From: an uncultured delta proteobacterium
GTDB lineage: Bacteria; Myxococcota_A; Polyangia; Haliangiales; Haliangiaceae
DNA: 64,000 bases
Direction of reading: 5' to 3'
Assembly (NCBI GenBank): GCA_963848295.1
Contig: CAWKDB010000002.1
Location: 1,216,001-1,280,000, forward strand
This document shows positions 55,744-64,000 of the stretch, in pieces. The notes beneath the pieces were generated by a model. The model ran no database searches, had not been told where the DNA came from, and saw only the letters and a program-made list of their open reading frames with translations. The stretch's first letter is position 1, and each line of letters begins with the position of its first letter. Made by a program: the position numbers and the translations under genes.

Positions 55744-56529
55744 TTACTTCTTCGCGGCGAACAGCTCGTCGAAGAACGCCTTCATCGCGGCCCACGACCG
55801 CGCATCGGCCTTCGCATCGTAGGCGCAGCCGGTCGAGGGATCGCTACCCGCGGACGGGTCGGTGAAGCAATGCACCGCGCCCCCGTACGAGACGAGCTGC
55901 CAGTCGACCTTTGCGTCGGTCAGCTCCTTCTGAAACGCGGCGAAGTCAGCCGGCGATTCATGCGGATCGGCTGCACCGTGCAGCACGAGCAGCTTCGCCT
56001 TGATGTTCTTGCCGTCGGCCGGCGCTGGCGAATCGAGGCCGCCGTGAAACGACACGATGCCGTCGACCGGTGCGCCGCTGCGACCGAGCTCGATCGCGGT
56101 CGTACCGCCGAAGCAGTAGCCGATCGCGGCGGTCTTCGTAGCATCGACCTTCGGGTTCTTGATCATCGTGTCGAACGCCGCATCGACGCGATCGCGCAGC
56201 AGCTTGCGATCGCTCTTGTACTTGCCGGCGAGCGCGCCCGCTTCTTGTTTCGTCGTCGGGCGCACGCCCTTGCCGTAGATATCTGCGGCGAACGCGACGT
56301 AGCCCAAGCCAGCGAGCATGTCGGCGCGCCTGCGCGCGTTGTCGTCGAGTCCCATCCAGGCGTGAACGACCAGTATGCCCGGGCGCTTACCTTTCGCGGC
56401 GTCGTCCCACGCGAGGTAACCCTCGAGCTTGGCGTCGCCTTGCTCGTACTCGACGAGCTGGTGGCGGACCTTTGCATGCGCGCTGCCCGCTGCGAACGCG
56501 ACGACCAAGATCGTGATCAACGGCTTCAT
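55744..56529 (-). CDS. Dienelactone hydrolase family protein, exported
   Basis: GYCFGG nucleophile motif, SFHGGL, HGAADP and HCFTDP. Confidence 0.92.
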   Translation of the reverse strand: MKPLITILVVAFAAGSAHAKVRHQLVEYEQGDAKLEGYLAWDDAAKGKRPGILVVHAWMGLDDNARRRADMLAGLGYVAFAADIYGKGVRPTTKQEAGALAGKYKSDRKLLRDRVDAAFDTMIKNPKVDATKTAAIGYCFGGTTAIELGRSGAPVDGIVSFHGGLDSPAPADGKNIKAKLLVLHGAADPHESPADFAAFQKELTDAKVDWQLVSYGGAVHCFTDPSAGSDPSTGCAYDAKADARSWAAMKAFFDELFAAKK

Positions 56530-56555
56530 GCGCCGCATCCTCGCAGATGTCGGGC

Positions 56556-57430
56556 CTATTCGGGCGGCGGGGCGTTCGCGACCAGTCCGACGACGACCGT
56601 GATGTTGTCATCACCGCCGCGATCGTTCGCGAGCTCGATCAACGTCTCGGGCAACCGGCGATACCAGGTCATCGCGATGATGCGCTCGAGCTCCGCGGCC
56701 TCGACGTAGTTCGACATCCCGTCCGAGCACAACACGAAGCAGTCGCCCGGCGACAGCGGCACGCTCTTGATGTCGGCATCCGTGTCGCGCTCGAAGCCGA
56801 TCGACCGCGTGATCACGTGGCGGAACTTGCTCGACTTCGCATCCTCCTCGGTGATCGCGCCGAGCTTGAGCTGCTCGGCGATCCACGAGTGGTCGTCGGT
56901 GAGCTGGGTCAGCTGGCCATCGCGGAACATGTAGCAGCGCGAGTCGCCGGCGTGGACGAGGTTCGCGCGCCCGCCGTGGACGAGCAGCGCGGTCAGCGTC
57001 GTGCCCATCCCGCGCAGCTCGGGCTGAGCCCACGCCGCGTCGTGGATCGCGGTCGACGCGCGGCGCACCGCTTCGCGCATGACCTCGAGCGCGGGCGAGA
57101 ACACGACGACGCCACCCGGCTGTCTCGGGATCGTCGGCTCGAACCCGCTCGGCACGTCCTCGCGCGGCGGCGCGCCGGTCGACAGCATCGGCTCGGTCGT
57201 GCGAGCCGCCGCGTCGCGCGTCCTGCGCAACGCCGCATCGAAGTCGCCGCGCGACGCCGCGAGCTCGCTGCCGAGCAGCTCGACGGCCATCCGGCTCGCC
57301 GTCGCGCCGCCCTGATGACCGCCCATCCCATCGGCGACCGCGAGCACACCGGTGGTCGGATCGACGAGGTAGCTGTCTTCGTTGCGATCGCGCTTCTTAC
57401 CCGGATCGCTCTGCCCCCACGCCCACAACC

Positions 57431-57434
<4 letters not shown>
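56556..57434 (-). CDS. PP2C-family Ser/Thr phosphatase
   Basis: [31 protein letters not shown] and GGDDNIT; ATGA overlap with the spoVR stop. Confidence 0.93.
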
Positions 57435-58933
<1,499 letters not shown>

Positions 58934-58934
58934 G

Positions 58935-60054
<1,120 letters not shown>

Positions 60055-60076
60055 CAGCGACCTCGCTTTCGCTCGG

Positions 60077-60300
60077 TCATACCGCCACGTCCGCGATCTC
60101 GCCGCGCTCGTTGACGAAGCACAGCCGGCCGCCGTGGCGCTTCGTGCGTTGCACCATCTCGAGCAGGCCGAGCGCGCGCGACATCACGTCGCCCGGGTCA
60201 TCGGTGCCGAGCTCGACGCACAGCCGCGCGAGCAGCTCGGCCAGCGTGTGGTTGAGCTCGACCTGGACCGGCCCTATGCCCATGCCGTCGGACATCGTCA

Positions 60301-60301
<1 letters not shown>
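60077..60301 (-). CDS. Small hypothetical protein, possibly ribbon-helix-helix
   Basis: 74 aa; TAATG overlap with the prkA stop; strand-helix-helix pattern [21 protein letters not shown]. Confidence 0.6.
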
Positions 60302-62354
<2,053 letters not shown>

Positions 62355-62401
62355 GGATCGAACGTAGCACGGTTGCTCGGGCGCAGTTATCCTCGCGACC
62401 G

Positions 62402-62641
62402 GTGAGCGCTCTCGTCGCTGCGATGATGGTTTCGGGCGTCGCCGCAGCGGAGCCAGCGCCGGTGAATTTGCTCGAGACCGTGCCTGCGACCGTGGCGGCA
62501 TCGTCGAGCTTGGCGCATCGCACAGGCCGGGTGCTTCAATTCGAGTCGACGTTTGGGGCAAGACAAGACCGGGAAAGGCTCGACCCGAACGGATCGCACC
62601 GAGCACTTCGGTGGACCGGCTCCGCGTACATAGCGAGGTAG
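62402..62641 (+). pseudogene. Possible remnant of an exported-protein gene (signal-peptide-like start)
   Basis: [24 protein letters not shown]..., 79 aa, with less GC3-biased codons. Confidence 0.25.
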
Positions 62642-62736
62642 TCGGGCCGAACGCGACAGCGCTGGGGCGTCCTGGTGTGCGGGTGATCATCGAGCGAGCG
62701 CATCGCGCCGGCGATAATCGACGCGAAAGGGAGCCC

Positions 62737-63393
62737 ATGCGAACCATTAGCCTCGTGATCGCGCTCGCCGCGATGGTGGCCTGCAACGGCAAATCGAGCT
62801 CGAGCGCGACCACGGACACCGGGGCCGGCAGCGACACGGGCGCCGCAGCGTGCACCTCGGATCTCACCTGTGCGCAGCCGACGCCCTACTGCGACACGAT
62901 GATCGACCAGTGCGTCGGGTGTCTCAGCGATACCAACTGCGGCAACGGTCGGTCGTGCAACGCGGACTCGCACAAGTGCGTGCAGTGCGCGATGGACACG
63001 CAGTGCGGCGGCAACACGCCGTACTGCTCGAGCGAGGGCGCGTGCGTGCAGTGCGTCGCGAACGGCAACTGCATGACCGGAGAGGGCTGCAACGCGATGA
63101 ACCGGTGCGAGCCGACGTGCGCCGACAGCACGACCTGCCACGCGCCGACCGCGGTCTGCGATACCGCGACGATGTTCTGCGTCGAATGCCTCGTGAAGAC
63201 CGACTGCAAGACCGCGCTCGCCCCGGTCTGCGACACGACGACGAACACCTGCGTGCAGTGCGCGATGGACAGCGACTGCCCGATGGAAACGCCGAAGTGC
63301 GACACGACGCGGAACGCATGCGTGCAGTGCCTGATCGACACCGACTGCACGACCGCCGGGCAGACGTGCACGAACGGATTCTGCCGGGGCTAG
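62737..63393 (+). CDS. Cys-rich repeat lipoprotein
   Basis: Lipobox MVAC; tandem ~22-25-aa CV(Q/E/G)C..D..C....P.CD units. Confidence 0.85.
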   Translation: MRTISLVIALAAMVACNGKSSSSATTDTGAGSDTGAAACTSDLTCAQPTPYCDTMIDQCVGCLSDTNCGNGRSCNADSHKCVQCAMDTQCGGNTPYCSSEGACVQCVANGNCMTGEGCNAMNRCEPTCADSTTCHAPTAVCDTATMFCVECLVKTDCKTALAPVCDTTTNTCVQCAMDSDCPMETPKCDTTRNACVQCLIDTDCTTAGQTCTNGFCRG

Positions 63394-64000
63394 TGCGTGT
63401 ACTTCGCGACGTTGCGCTTGTGCTCGTCGAACGTCTTCGAGAACGCGTGATTGCGCGCGTCCTTCGCGACGAAGTAGAGAAAGTCCGAGCCGTCGGGCGC
63501 TAGCACCGCTTCGATCGAGCTCTTGCCGGGGTTGCTGATCGGCCCGGGCGGCAGGCCTTCGTGTTGATACGTGTTGTACGGGTTGTCTTTGTCGTCGAGC
63601 TGCGCGCGGTGCAGGCGATCGCGCTTGTCCCAACCCTGACACGGCGCGGATTTCTGCACCGGGACGGTGCAGCCGTAGCGAATCGTCGGATCGGTCTCGA
63701 GCCGCTTCGACTTGAAGTCCGGGAAGGTCAGCCGGTTGATGAACACTTGCGCGATCCGCGGGCGCTCGGCCGGATCGACGGCCTCCTTTTCGACGATCGA
63801 CGCCATCACGAGGATGTCGCGATCGCTCCAGTGCAATTTCTCCTTCAGCTTCGCGGCATCGCGCGGATGCGCGGCGAGGAGATCGTTCCACACCTCCTGC
63901 TGGCGCGCGATCAGCCGATCGAGCACGACGCGCGGCTTCTCGCCGACTCGAAACGAATAGGTGTCGGGGAACAAGTAGCCCTCGACGGTGTCGCCCGCGA
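63390..64000 (-). CDS. mltG: Endolytic transglycosylase MltG (5' part outside the window)
   Basis: [40 protein letters not shown] and YFVA. Confidence 0.95.
   Translation of the reverse strand, partial: AGDTVEGYLFPDTYSFRVGEKPRVVLDRLIARQQEVWNDLLAAHPRDAAKLKEKLHWSDRDILVMASIVEKEAVDPAERPRIAQVFINRLTFPDFKSKRLETDPTIRYGCTVPVQKSAPCQGWDKRDRLHRAQLDDKDNPYNTYQHEGLPPGPISNPGKSSIEAVLAPDGSDFLYFVAKDARNHAFSKTFDEHKRNVAKYTH

Overview
High-GC bacterial DNA whose gene content (TIGR02266-type PilZ protein, Hanks kinases with Pro-rich linkers, Cys-rich lipoproteins) points to a myxobacterium, possibly Haliangiales/Kofleriaceae; the taxon is an inference. The window is mostly core genome. In order it holds an acyl-CoA dehydrogenase, two Ser/Thr kinases, a 9-gene variant cytochrome c maturation operon (Cys-type CcmE, CcmF-CcmH fusion, extended CcmD, extra genes), moaA, an orphan Dam-like methylase, a divergent EF-G paralog and an orphan GspD secretin. 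Next come an rpoN-hpf-ptsN-hprK-rapZ-ptsH-ptsI cluster extended by an Omp85-like protein and a His-less kinase, pyrG, biotin carboxylase, MoxR/VWA, a FadL-like porin, mnmG, bamD, chaN, truD, exbBD-tonB, prkA-yeaH-spoVR with a PP2C phosphatase, and partial mltG. Several conserved genes carry frameshifts that look like long-read errors. The most striking non-standard structure is a ~1.38 kb insert (4175-5554) bounded by a duplicated CTAG that forms the stop codons of both flanking convergent genes. Inside it, two ~92% identical 234-bp structured arms in inverted orientation enclose a single small DUF6968-like cargo gene, with no transposase. Other items of interest are an 81-bp structured tandem repeat, a heptamer-built palindrome upstream of pyrG, absence of the kds/lpt block between pyrG and rpoN, a recurring leaderless-type promoter motif, and a 59-aa zinc-ribbon gene missing from the ORF track. 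All family calls are from motif recognition, not database searches.
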